Source: Octopus sinensis
Lineage: Eukaryota
Length of the DNA stretch: 64,000 nt
Reading direction: 5' to 3'
Assembly (NCBI RefSeq): GCF_006345805.1
Contig: NC_043011.1
Location: 59,284,464-59,348,463 of the forward strand
The notes below the pieces were generated by a model. That model did not search any database and was not told where the DNA came from. It saw only the letters and a program-made list of their open reading frames with translations. Within the stretch, counting starts at the first letter, position 1. Every line of letters starts with the position of its first letter. This document shows positions 12,100 to 24,062 of this stretch, piece by piece. A program made the position numbers and the translations under genes.

Positions 12100-13480
12100 C
12101 AATTAAATAGCACCACATGACAGGATTAGTTAAATCCTCTTTAAGTCAAGTTTAGTGGTATCATGGTCATTGAGTTCTTGTTGAGAGTGTTGCATTCAGA
12201 TGTAAGTGGTTTATCTGGTTTTCCACGGAGGAATTTTCTAGGTTCCGTTTAAAGGTGATAGGATCCTTTTCATCTTTCATCTGTTTCGGGGCAATGTTAA
12301 ATAGGGCGATGCCTGTTACGGATAAGAATTTGTGTTGCAATGTATGTGTTGTGATCCTGAATTGGGTAGGGGGTATTTGGCCCTTGGTCCTAGCCTTGGA
12401 TAAATTTTAAAGCTAACGTTGAGGTTGTTTGGGCAATGCTGGTGTTATATCGTGCAAATGATGTATCCCTCATGGTGGCCTGGGAGAGAATAGAGTTTCA
12501 ATGCTTTAAGACGGTCCCAATAATCATCATCAGCCATGACCTTAATTCTTTTAGTGAATTCCCCTTGGGGTGATTCAATTTTCGAGATGTTTTGCTTTGT
12601 ATGGGGAGACTACAGGTGTCAACGTTATTCGAGGTGTGGCCGTACAAAGGAGGAGAAAAGACTAATGATAACACCTTGTTCTCTGGACTGGAATGTTCTT
12701 TGGATCCAGGAACTATATTGACCTTATTGATTATGTTGGTACACCAACTGGGATTGTTATCAACAAATACTCCTAGGTTTCTGATATTATTCGGTGGTGT
12801 GAGTGGTTCCCCTGAAGGAAGAGTGTATAGCTGATTTAGCATAGTCTATCTTCCAAAATGCATCAGCTCAAATTCTCCTTCATTTATTTACATTTTGTTT
12901 TTTTCTGCCTATTTACTCACAGTATGAAGACCCAACAGGAATTCAGTCTTATTCTCCATTGATAATATTTTGGAGCTTGGAGTCATCAGCGAATATTTTC
13001 ACTTTGCTGTGATTTATTGGTGCTGAAAAGGGCGTTTACAGACTATAAAGAAAATTTGGCCCTTGACAATCCCCTGAGGGACACCATTGATGACTTTTCC
13101 TGGGCTTGAGTGGATTCCACTGATCACGGCATGTTGTGTTCTGTTCCCCAGTAAATCCTGAATCCAGTGTAATAGTTTCCCACGGATTCCAACATTTGAC
13201 AATCTTGATAGTAGGATATTGTGTTCGACTCTGGTGAACGCCTTACTGAAGTCAAGATATATGACATCAAACTTCGAACCTGATCCCAAGACTTTAAGGA
13301 CATCATCGATGTGGTGTAAAAGCTGCGTTAGACAGACATTGCCGCAGCAAAAGTCATGCTGGTCTGAACTTAGGAGATTGTGGATCGCCAGGATGCCAGC
13401 TATCCTTGATCTCATCACCTTTTCAAACACCTTAATGAAATAGGAGGTGGGTGAGACTAGGTGATAGTTGATTGTAAGGG
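12100..13480 (-). mobile_element. Decayed non-LTR retrotransposon reverse transcriptase (CR1/L2-group) and 3' end
   Basis: Minus frames give QLLHHIDDVL..DVIYLDFSKAFTRVEH..GVPQG (13430-13014), KVKIFADDSKL (~12975-13005), RNLGVFVDNN.SW (12842-12700); frameshifts and stops. Confidence 0.9.
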
Positions 13481-13645
13481 ATATTTGAAAACCGTGATGA
13501 CAGACTGGGATAAGAGATCTGAGTCTGAAGAATTCCTCCAGCGATTGGTTAGAGGGACTGCAAGTTGGTGTCCATATTCCTTCGGGAGATTAGCGGGGAA
13601 TCTATCAGTGCCTACAGTAGAAGATTATTTCATCTCATATATATA

Positions 13646-13848
<203 letters not shown>

Positions 13849-13920
13849 CACATATATATATATAATATATTATATATATAATATATATATAATATATAAT
13901 ATATATAATATATATAATAT

Positions 13921-13952
<32 letters not shown>

Positions 13953-13965
13953 TATATATATATAT

Positions 13966-14013
<48 letters not shown>

Positions 14014-14429
14014 GAAATTTTCTCTTCTCTAAATCTCTCAAAGTGAGATATACTGTAACAGCACCATAAAGTGATAACTTTTTGCCAACATAATGTGGCA
14101 GACCCAGGATGGGACAAATGCCGCTGCTATTTTTAGCCCCAGGAAACCTCGTTTCTAGCTGACTATACGACACCAAAAGTTCTGTGTCATATTTTCTTAT
14201 ATATTTCAGGGAAGATCAATAGCTCCATCCAGCACAACTTCGCATCCACGAAACGGTTTCTGTGATATTGATTTTTGCTAACGTGTGTGTGCGTGCGTGT
14301 GTGTGTGTAGGTATACATATATGTATATATGAATGTATGTATTTGAACGGATTCTGTTAACATTACTGATGGTTTTTTTTTTATATTCTATTCAAACGTC
14401 CTCTTTTACGGATCTGGTACGTTACGGAA

Positions 14430-14955
14430 ACAAACAACAACAGCACCAGATGTGAAACGGTGGTGGGGACACAGACACAAACACAAAGATAATCACACAC
14501 ATGCACACACGCAAACACACACACACAAACACAAGATACGTGCTGGGGAATTCCAGTCGATTTTTGTCTCCAAATTCATTCACCAGGCATTTGTAAGTCC
14601 GGGGTTTATTGTAACAGAAACTTGCCCAATGTGTTGCGCTTTGAGACCGAGCCCCAAATGGCATCAGTGCCAATCGAACTTCCGAATCACACGCCTTTCC
14701 TGTGAGTGGGGTGGATACTCCTACATTCGGACGGGCAGAACTAGACACACTGTTTCGTGTCAGACTGAGTTATCTCCCCTCAGCCACTGACATCTTAGCA
14801 TTTATTATTAAAATACCAAATCCATTCACAAAGCTTTGGTCGGTCTGGAATTATAGTAGAAAACACTTGACCAAGTTGTCTGGCAGTGGGACTTAACCTG
14901 GAGCTATGTGCTCGGGAACGAAGCTTCTTAACACACACCCAAGCAAGCACCTATT
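14430..14955 (-). mobile_element. Degenerate SINE family B pieces
   Basis: Family B body and head motifs (CCAAATCCATTCACAAAGCTTTGGTCGG..TATAGTAGAAAACACTTG..CAGTGGGACT). Confidence 0.65.
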
Positions 14956-15419
14956 ATAGAAATACAAACCCAGGGTCAGGTGGCCCCTGTTGAGAACCAT
15001 TGTATTAAATGACCCGCAAGTTCTCACCACTTGTCAAACCTAATAAAATTGAAAGGATGCACCTATTAATACTAGGAAGTATGGTGTTAAGAGTTAATGA
15101 TGATTCTATGGAGTATTAATTTGTCAAACACCTTCTCTCAAAATAAATGGAGTTTATCTTGATTCAATATCTGTTATGTAAGAATAAACATTAAGGAAAT
15201 GTGTTTTGCTGTTCGCTTCTTGATAAGTTTTCGGTGCATTGAGAGAAAACTAATCACTAGAGAACGACTTTGAATTATGCCCTGTCGTTGTTGTATATAT
15301 GTTTCGCAGTAAGATTTGTCAGCTCCCTTCAAGGGTCAAGTGTAGGTGACAAGGTTAAAGTGGGTTCATATTATTTAGTATACTGGTGTATATGATTATA
15401 AGTTTCTGAGGATGTAAAT

Positions 15420-15500
<81 letters not shown>
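15420..15500. repeat. (TG)n microsatellite, ~40 units
   Basis: Directly visible. Confidence 0.95.
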
Positions 15501-15505
<5 letters not shown>

Positions 15506-15640
15506 CCTTAACAAAGATGGTATTCACTGGAATTTCGAAGTCATTGTTGATATTATTCTTGTTAATGAAAAAACAAATATGTACTGTGCAAAAATATTCA
15601 GTGATTTTTTCATTATAATTCAAAATTGTTTTTTCTATAG

Positions 15641-16099
15641 CTTCACATAAAAACAAACATATGTTCACTTGCTTTGGATATGGGCAGCATCTGTACCTTC
15701 AAAAAACACAGTTTCAATTTCATCGACATCTGTGCGAAAGAGACTTCTTTCGGGGAAGCATATGATGTGCTACTGGAATATCGACAGGGAGCCGCAGGGA
15801 AAAAAGGTATCCAACTGGAGAGAAACAGGAAAGATGTTGCAGTGTCGAGAGTATTGGTAAAAGTCACTGATGGTCAGTTCTTGATGAGGAGCAAAGGACT
15901 TAAGTATTAAGTAAGTACAACTTCGACGGTTTCGACAATTAGTATCCAGTAATTCGAACAACTGAACTACAAGTTCATTGACTTAACAGCCAATCTTTCT
16001 ATAGAGTCGTGCAACATTAATGTAATTCTCGGACAGAAAAAACACCGTATAATATGTGACAATACCGGACTTCTAAATTCCAGCTACAACCCAGTGTGA
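15641..16099 (+). pseudogene. Decayed ORF or terminal exon of unknown origin
   Basis: Pyrimidine-rich acceptor TTTTTCTATAG|15641; single frame open for 89 codons to TAA 15908-15910 and continuing in frame (second stop 15950-15952) to TGA at 16097-16099; no family recognised. Confidence 0.3.
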
Positions 16100-17323
16100 T
16101 GGGGTTAGTTCTTGTAAAGAAGACAGTCATTGAACGATGTGTAATTTAAAATTCTATTTGTTACTGTACGATTCACATAGTCTGGTTTGTTTCATAGACT
16201 GCGAATCGACTGCGCTTTGTTGTGGCACCTACTAAGTATTTTTGAACGTCAGATGAATGGATCTGCATATTCTCTTGCAACTGATAAGTGTATTCACGTT
16301 TAGTTTTGTTATAAATTACAAAATAATTTCAGGAAAAATTCATTAAAACTTATGATAGGTATTTCAGGTAATGTTTAAGGAATATATAATTTGCTTGTTC
16401 CATTGCAGATTAAAAATGCAAAGAAACTAGAATAAATAAAGTAAACATAAGGTAATTTAAAAACGACTGGCAGCGAAGTGAATTGAATCAGTAAAAGAAA
16501 AAATGTGAAGACAGAAATATTTAATTCTTGCGAATGTACCAAAATACCTTTCGATTCGGTATAAATCCCATTAAGAAATAATATTAGTCTTTATCACTTC
16601 TAGCTATCATTTTGCGATGTTTTTAGTATGAACTTTCTCGTCATTCTTGCATTCGAACGAGTTTAGGTATTCATTGAAGCGTGTATGCATGTAAGGACAA
16701 GTATATGTGCAGATGTCTGCGTGCGTGTGTTGCTGTTGTTTATTATATGGGTGTGTGTGTGTGAATGCGTAGAAATATGTCTAAACCTCAATATAACAAA
16801 TGAGAGGAGATATTTTTACAATTATATATATTTATCTATAAAATGTACTTTTCCATATTTGGAGGATCAGGGAGAGAATTAATTTATCCAACGAGGGAAT
16901 GATATCATGGCACGCTGTAGAAGCTCATCCCACCACGGCGCTATCGGAGCATGAAATTCATAGTAACTTACTTGTAAATATTGCTTTTTTTAAATATGTA
17001 TTTTACATATATTTCGATATATTATATAAATTTATATTCGTGTACACATATAATTCACCATCATTTATTATATATCACCTTCATTTATTATATATTGCAG
17101 GGAAAAACAAAAGCTATTTACATATGCATTTTGCCAACAAACTAAAAATCTATTATTCGGTGAATCGGTCATAAGAGAATTTAACGGTTCTACCAAGCAT
17201 AAAATGAGGGCACAAAAGGACTACTTAAATATATTTTCGCGATGTTTTCTTTTCTTTTGCATGGGTGAATATGTATGGATGGATATAGGCTTATATACAT
17301 ATATCAATATAAGTGTAAATATA

Positions 17324-18551
17324 TCGGGTCAACCCATAAATGATGCGGTTTTTCAATTCCATGCACTAAATTTGGAGGGGAACGGGATAAACTACCTGCA
17401 TCAACTTGCTATAAAGCAGTAAAAGGATTTTACCTCGTCCTTATTCTCAGTGCAAATTTGAAGGGTGCAGTTCAATTTTAAGAGTTATTTTTCAAAGCTA
17501 TGAAAGTGACATAGAAATATATTCGGCCTGTTTTGCTTTACGCGTTCAATAAAGGCAACAACGGAACGGAAAGTGCGAGGAATGTTAATGCAGTATATGG
17601 GGATCGGACAATAAGCATAAGCCAGTGTCTACGGTGGTTCCAAAAATACCGAACAGGAAACTACAGCCTAGAAGACAAGTCTCGTCCTGGATAATCTGTA
17701 GAACTCGACATAACTGTTTAGGAACTTGCAGAGAAGCTTGAATTTGGTCATTCAAACAGTCGTTCAAGTCAACGCCAGAAGAAAAACAATCATCTTTGGT
17801 TTCAAGACAAAAGGCGTTCTTCCATCAGGATAATGCTCGGCCACATACAGCGAGGACGACATTCCAAAGGTTGGAGCTGTTTGAATGGGAAACGGTACCC
17901 CACCTACCATATGCGCCGTACATTGCCCTGTCTACAGACTTCAAAATGATTAGGGTGGAAAAATGTGAATTCTGTAGACAAGGTGAGAACAGTACTGGAG
18001 GGGTACTTTTCGTCATGGACAAGTGAATTTTGGAAGCGGGGCCTTGCAAGTCTACCAGATAGATAGAAAAGCATTGTAGAAAAGGACGGAGAGTATATTT
18101 TAGATTATATTTTAGTATTAAAAACCGCATTATTTATGGGATTGTTGGAGGCGCAATGGCCCAGTGGTTAGGGCAGCGGACTCGCGGTCATAGGATCGCG
18201 GTTTCGATTCCCAGACCGTTGTTATGAGTGTTTATTGAGCGAAAACACCTAAAGCTCCACGAGGCTCCGGCAGGGGATGGTGGTGATCCCTGCTGTACTC
18301 TTTCGCCACAACTTTCTCTCACTCTTTCTTACTGTTTCTGTTGTACCTGTATTTCAAAGGGCCGGCCTTGTCACACTCTGTGTCACGTTGAATCTCCCCG
18401 AGAACTACGTTAAGGGTGCACGTGTCTGTGGAGTGCTCAGCCTCAGCCAATTACACGTTAATTTCACGAGCAGGCTGTTCCGTTGATTCGGATCAACCGG
18501 AACCCTCGTCGTCGTAACCGACGGAGTGCTTCCATTTATGGGATTACACAA
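17324..18551 (+). mobile_element. Internally deleted mariner transposon interrupted in its 3' TIR by a SINE
   Basis: 5' TIR TCGGGTCAACCCATAAATGATGCGG after TA; N-terminus (YIRPVLLYAFNKG..ARNVNAVYGD..QCLRWFQKYRTGNYSLED.SRPG), catalytic motifs HQDNARPH and HLPYAPYIA, C-terminal GLASLPDR..VEKDGEYIL; 3' TIR split at 18116-18143 and 18534-18551. Confidence 0.9.
18144..18533 (+). mobile_element. Full-length OR-type (tRNA-Arg-derived) octopus SINE with 12-bp TSD
   Basis: Head GGAGGCGCAATGGCCCAGTGGTTAGGGCAGCGGACTCGCGG (TCG anticodon-like), B-box GGTTTCGATTCCC; TSD ATTTATGGGATT at 18132-18143 and 18534-18545. Confidence 0.9.
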
Positions 18552-18742
18552 TATATACAAACATACTGGTTTCAAATGTTGACACAAGGCCAGCAGTGGT
18601 GGTGGAGTAAGACGATTACATCGATCAATAGGTACTTATTTTATCGAACAGAAAGTTATGAAAGGCAAAGTCGACCTCGTCGAAATTCGAACTCATAACA
18701 TAAAAACGGGCCTTAGCATACATATTATACACAGACACACAG

Positions 18743-18832
<90 letters not shown>

Positions 18833-19826
18833 GCATTAGTGTATATATTCGTGTGTGTGTATATATATGTGTGTGTATCCTCTGTGTCTGTATGTGTTAG
18901 TGCGCGTGTGTGTTCTTTGGTGCATACGTGAAGATGTTTCACTACTTCTCTTTCTCTCCGTAGCTGGCCATAATAGTTTTTTTTTCCACCAAGATATTAT
19001 TAAACGGGATAAACAAAGCAGATAAAGACCTACCCGCATCCATAAGCAGGGATGCTCTGATCGTATGAAGGAGAGGATTGGCTTTAAGTGTCTGTAAAAC
19101 ATATAATCTTCTATATCCTGTTCAAATTTTGTCACCTTTTGTTCCACAATATTGAACCGATTTAATCGTATCTCATTAGCTCAAAAAATATATATGTCAT
19201 TCGTAGAAGAATGACTTTGAATTGAATACATCTAATGGTTCCCATCAGTTATTTGTGCGCACATATGTGTATACATTTATATAAAGTTGAAGACAGCTGG
19301 CTTTTGCCACTGATATTTTCAATGGATAAATGTTATTCCTCTAAAACAAGCGGTTTTATTCCTTTCCAAACGAATGTGTAAACATGTCGTCTGCTGTATT
19401 TGCCGCATCGTTGCTCTCTTGGAAACTTCCATGATTTCAATCTCCGTTTAACAATACAAATTCTGCCGACTCTGACCTTATCATGCCATAAACTCCAATC
19501 TATCAATACACAATGATATTCGATTGCAACGAAGGTTTGGATCAAGTCTGCGATGCTTTTCAATGTATTGCTTAAATGGCAAATTTGTTAAAATATATTT
19601 ATTCTAGGAAAAACGGTGAATTTATAAAACGATGTTTAAAAAAGAAATTCTTTTGAATGTGTCTGAAATATAAATGGTGATCTACTATGCCTGAGAAAGA
19701 GAATCAACTTTCAGTGTGAACGTCAATTTAATACCATAGTTGAAACATGTCGCCATTAGTGAATAGGGCAAACAGCTATACCATACTGTGCTGATTGCAA
19801 GCATTTTTGGCATTCGATAATGCATA

Positions 19827-19862
<36 letters not shown>

Positions 19863-19894
19863 TGTATATATATATATATGTATGTATATATATA

Positions 19895-20109
19895 CAGTCC
19901 TTTACTCTTTTACTTGTTTCAGTCATTTGACTGTAGCCATGCTGGAGCACCACCTTTAGTCGAGCAAATCGACCCCAGGACTTATTCTTTGTAAGCCTAG
20001 TACTTATTCTATCGGTCTCTTTTGCCGAACCGCTAAGTTATGAGGACGTAAACACACCAGCATCGGTTGTCAAGCGATGTTGGCGGGGGACGAACGCAGA
20101 CACACAAAC

Positions 20110-20146
<37 letters not shown>

Positions 20147-20155
20147 ATATATATA

Positions 20156-20202
<47 letters not shown>

Positions 20203-20362
20203 CATACGATTTGCTTCTTCCAGTTTTCGTCTACCAAATCCACTCACAAGGCTTTGGTCGGACCGAGGCTATAGTAGAAGATAATTGCCCAGGGTGCCAC
20301 GCAGTGGGACTGAACCCGGAACCATGGGGTTCGTAAGCAAGCTACTTGCCACACAGCCACTC
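19895..20362 (-). mobile_element. SINE family B with expanded internal (TA)n
   Basis: Complete tail, internal microsatellite, body and head motifs. Confidence 0.9.
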
Positions 20363-20367
20363 CTATA

Positions 20368-20456
<89 letters not shown>

Positions 20457-20467
20457 ATATATATATA

Positions 20468-20924
20468 TTCAGAATGAGATAAAAAAAAGCCAAGGCTGTG
20501 AAGATTTTAGAACATTTATAAATAGGTCTCACAGCTGTTTCCAGAATATTTATTACATTCCTTCATCGGACACTTTAAATATAACCCTCGGTTCAAGAGC
20601 ACTGTGTACAAACTCTATACTTGGAATGACCAATTTTTAATACTTTTGGAATTTACTCACAAGGTATTGGAATCTTATATGTATACCATTCTGCCTAAAT
20701 AATGGATCTAAAAATGCATTATCCCTTCATATCTCGCATCTATTTTCATACCTCCACTTCACTCTCTATTTCGTATCTTATCTAAATTAACTATTGCTTA
20801 TCCATATTCTCACACCGTCTCCGATGAAGGTATATAATAAATATCCTGCAAACAGCTGTAAGACCTTCTAATTATAAATGTTCTGAAGTCTTCACAGCTA
20901 TTGGTTTTTTTATCTCATTCTGAA
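20468..20924. mobile_element. ~457-bp element with ~105-bp imperfect terminal inverted repeats, each bearing a hammerhead-like motif (Penelope-like)
   Basis: TTCAGAATGAGATAAAAAAA..GCTGTGAAGA..AGAACATTTATAA..GGTCT.ACAGCTGTTT at both ends in opposite orientation; right arm GTCT-CCGATGA-AGG..CCT-GCAA-ACAGCTGT-A|AGAC. Confidence 0.65.
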
Positions 20925-21091
20925 AAAAGAATTTATATATACACATACTAATATATGACCTACGTTGGACTCCTTATTCGCATAATCACCGAACCTGAAG
21001 CTTATCTATGGTCTATCCATAGCACTTACTCAGCATTACCTGACATCTTTGGGTCTTATTGACACCATTACTTCTCATGACCTTTCTCTCG

Positions 21092-21129
<38 letters not shown>

Positions 21130-21132
21130 CTA

Positions 21133-21216
<84 letters not shown>

Positions 21217-21224
21217 TATATACA

Positions 21225-21387
21225 CTTCCCGAAACTGTAAGGACATCTGGTAACTTAACAGACGAAATAAGACTACGACTGACCCGTCCTTATTTTCCTG
21301 TCCATCTAATTGTTTTTTATCTGTCCGCATTTGTCTGGTCTATCTGTCCGGATGTTTTATGGTCCTCTATTTCGTTTTTGTTCCATT

Positions 21388-21390
<3 letters not shown>
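21225..21390 (+). mobile_element. Short pLTR-like repeat, homologous to 36870-37050 (minus)
   Basis: Shared CCCGA.ACTGTAA.GA.ATCT..GACGAAATAAG..TGACCCGTCC..TCTGTCCGC..GTCTATCTGTCCGGATGTTTT; both end at a TA-rich tract. Confidence 0.6.
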
Positions 21391-21430
<40 letters not shown>

Positions 21431-21434
21431 ATAA

Positions 21435-21629
21435 AGTTAATCCAAACAAGAAAGCAGAAAAAAACACAACAACGCGAGGACGTGGAACAAATATAGTATT
21501 ATTGGACGCTCAGGAAAGAAGGAAAGAAGGAGGGCTTAACGTTTCGAGCGGAGCTCTTCGTCGGAAACATAGGAGAAGGAAAGATCCAGAGAAGGGAAGA
21601 CAGAGGAAAAAAAATCGCCAACGATTTAT

Positions 21630-21630
<1 letters not shown>
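21435..21630 (-). mobile_element. Penelope-like pLTR-type fragment with variant hammerhead motif (21534-21568)
   Basis: Minus strand GTTT-CCGACGA-A-GAGC TCC GCTC-GAA-ACGT-T|AAGC; abuts (TA)n. Confidence 0.55.
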
Positions 21631-21662
<32 letters not shown>

Positions 21663-23539
21663 GACAGAGACAGAGAAAGAGAGTGTGAGATAGGGGAGAG
21701 AGAGGGTAGGACTCTCGAAAGTGACAGATCTCCTTTAATTGTCTAGTTGTGAAATATTATGGGGATGTTAATTAATTTCTGTTTACTACATTGTGAGCAA
21801 TATATTTATAGCCCATGAACTTTTCAGGGACTGACAGAATGCCAAGCTCCAAGGTGGCCTTGGGTTTATTGATGAGAAAAAACAGTGAAGATCTTTGTAG
21901 TGTCATCAATAAAAGAGAGTGAACTCCGTAGTGCAAAGAAAAGAAAAATAGTGACTTGTAGGTTGAACGGGATTGCCTCTGTTTCGAAGTGACGAACTGT
22001 TCCCGATATAAAACATGCATATAACTATAAGGATTGAAAAATCATTGAAAATTATGTCTTATTTATGGAGACCGTTTATTAGAAGCGTAACCTGCGAACA
22101 GGAGACGCATCAGCTGATTGCCCTGAATCCTACAAACTTAGTATTCAACTACTTAACATACACACTGATAAAATATTTATCTTAGTAATGCATTTAACTT
22201 TCCATGTTTATTATTCGTTTATTAAAGTTCAGTTCATTCATTTATTTAACGCATTTGGAAAATCAGCGAAAGGCTTAATTTCATTCCTTTGCGCAAAACT
22301 TTAAGGCACTAACAAATTGCTCCTGAAGACACGTTAAACTTTTACCTGTAGAATGATTATTTTCCCGGAACCCACACACCCGAGCGTTTTATTTATTTCA
22401 CGAATTTTAAGTTATGATTTCTGTTGTAATATTACATCATAATCTACTTCTGTTGATACTATTAAGTTCATTAAAAATGTATATTGATTAAATTAAATAA
22501 TTATTAATTCATACTCGTTATTGATTTGTGACTTAAGAAGAAAGACAAAGTTGTTAAGAGAAAAAAATCATACCACGCTGTGCAAGTTATAACTTTTTTT
22601 CCTCACAATGGTCTTAATTCCTTTAATTAACTCCAAATAGTTCCTAGTTTCTTGTTCTCTTGTTTAATTTCTCTTTTATCCTGAGATTGCCCATGGAGTG
22701 GAAAATTGGATGTGTAGGCTCCATAGTCTTCTGACTTTCATGTGTTTTTTGTATTAAAAAATGAATTATTTACAGCTGAAAACCTAAAATAAAACTTGAC
22801 CTCCTACATTAGGACGTTACACGTATCATTATTCTGTCAGTCCGTGTTTTCCTTTCAGAAGCTGGGTGTCGAAACTGTCTTTGCGGTCGAAGTATAGTTT
22901 ATCGAAGTTCATCTGATGTTCTAATGCGTTTCCTACCAAGCGTTATTGACATTCATATATAGATGGTGTGTCAAATGTAGTAATGTTTCTGTCGAGTCAT
23001 TTTAAATCTAATTAACGAAGTTTCTTCATAACCATCACCTCGGTCTAATTCCCCATCTAAATCAACGGTTTAGCCCGTCAGTCTGCATTCAGTAACAGTT
23101 TTATTGCGCTTAGGTGTGTCTTGACTGAAACACTGCAGAATACATTTTCTAGACGTAACATAGCAGTGAATCTTTTAGCAGATTTACATTAGCAATACCT
23201 GTTACAAATCCATTTAGAGAGTAAAACTTAGGAAAAATAATTCGATCAATTCTTTCCGGTCTCTTCTGAAGTGGAGTTGGTGCTAAGACATATTGCCGAA
23301 AATTTCCTCATCTGCATACAAGCAAAGAAAGATCTCATAACTTTAAATCTTCGAGAAAATGACAGCCAAAATAAATCCTGTTTGAATAATACCAGTCTTT
23401 CGAATGCTTGTGAATAATGATCCACCTGAAAAGACAATTGGTTACCTGCCTAAGCTCCGATAATTGAAATGGAAATTCTAACCTGTTTCTCTCTTCGAGG
23501 ATATACAGTAACAAAAATAAAATATGACGGATTTTCATA

Positions 23540-24062
23540 ATGACGATGATGATGATGATGATGACGACGACGACGACGACGATGATGAGGATGATGATGA
23601 TGATCAGAAGGAGGAGAAGGAGGATGAAGACGTGGACGAGGTGGAGGAGAGCAATATCAACTTATATTGAATAAGACTCGAGAGTTTATTGTTATTCAAA
23701 GTTTTGTGTTTGAAGTATAGAAAATTTAATTCGTGCAATATTTTCTTTAATTCTGTTGTTGCTCTCATGTTGAAATTGCTGGCGGCGGCGGCGGCAGCGG
23801 TGGTGGTGGCGGTGGTGTTGTTGGTGGTAGTGGTGGTATTCTTGCTGATAATCATTATGATGATGACGACAACGATAACGATGTCGGCGATTATGATGAT
23901 GATGATGATGAAGAAGAAAATGAAGAAGTAGGAGGAGAAGGAGAAGAAGAAAAAGAAGAAGAAGAAGAAGAAGAAGAAGAAGAAGAAGAAGAAGAAGAAG
24001 AAGAAGAAGAAGAAGAAGAAGAAGAAGAAGAAGAAGAAGAAGAAGAAGAAGAAGAAGAAGGA
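23540..24062. repeat. Compound trinucleotide array (GAT/GAC/GAG/GCG/GTG/GAA)n
   Basis: Directly visible; ends in ~38 GAA units. Confidence 0.9.

Noticed and set aside
18144-18220. tRNA-Arg-like cloverleaf start (also 25319-25390)
   Set aside because: Continues into a SINE body with TSDs; SINE head rather than a functional tRNA
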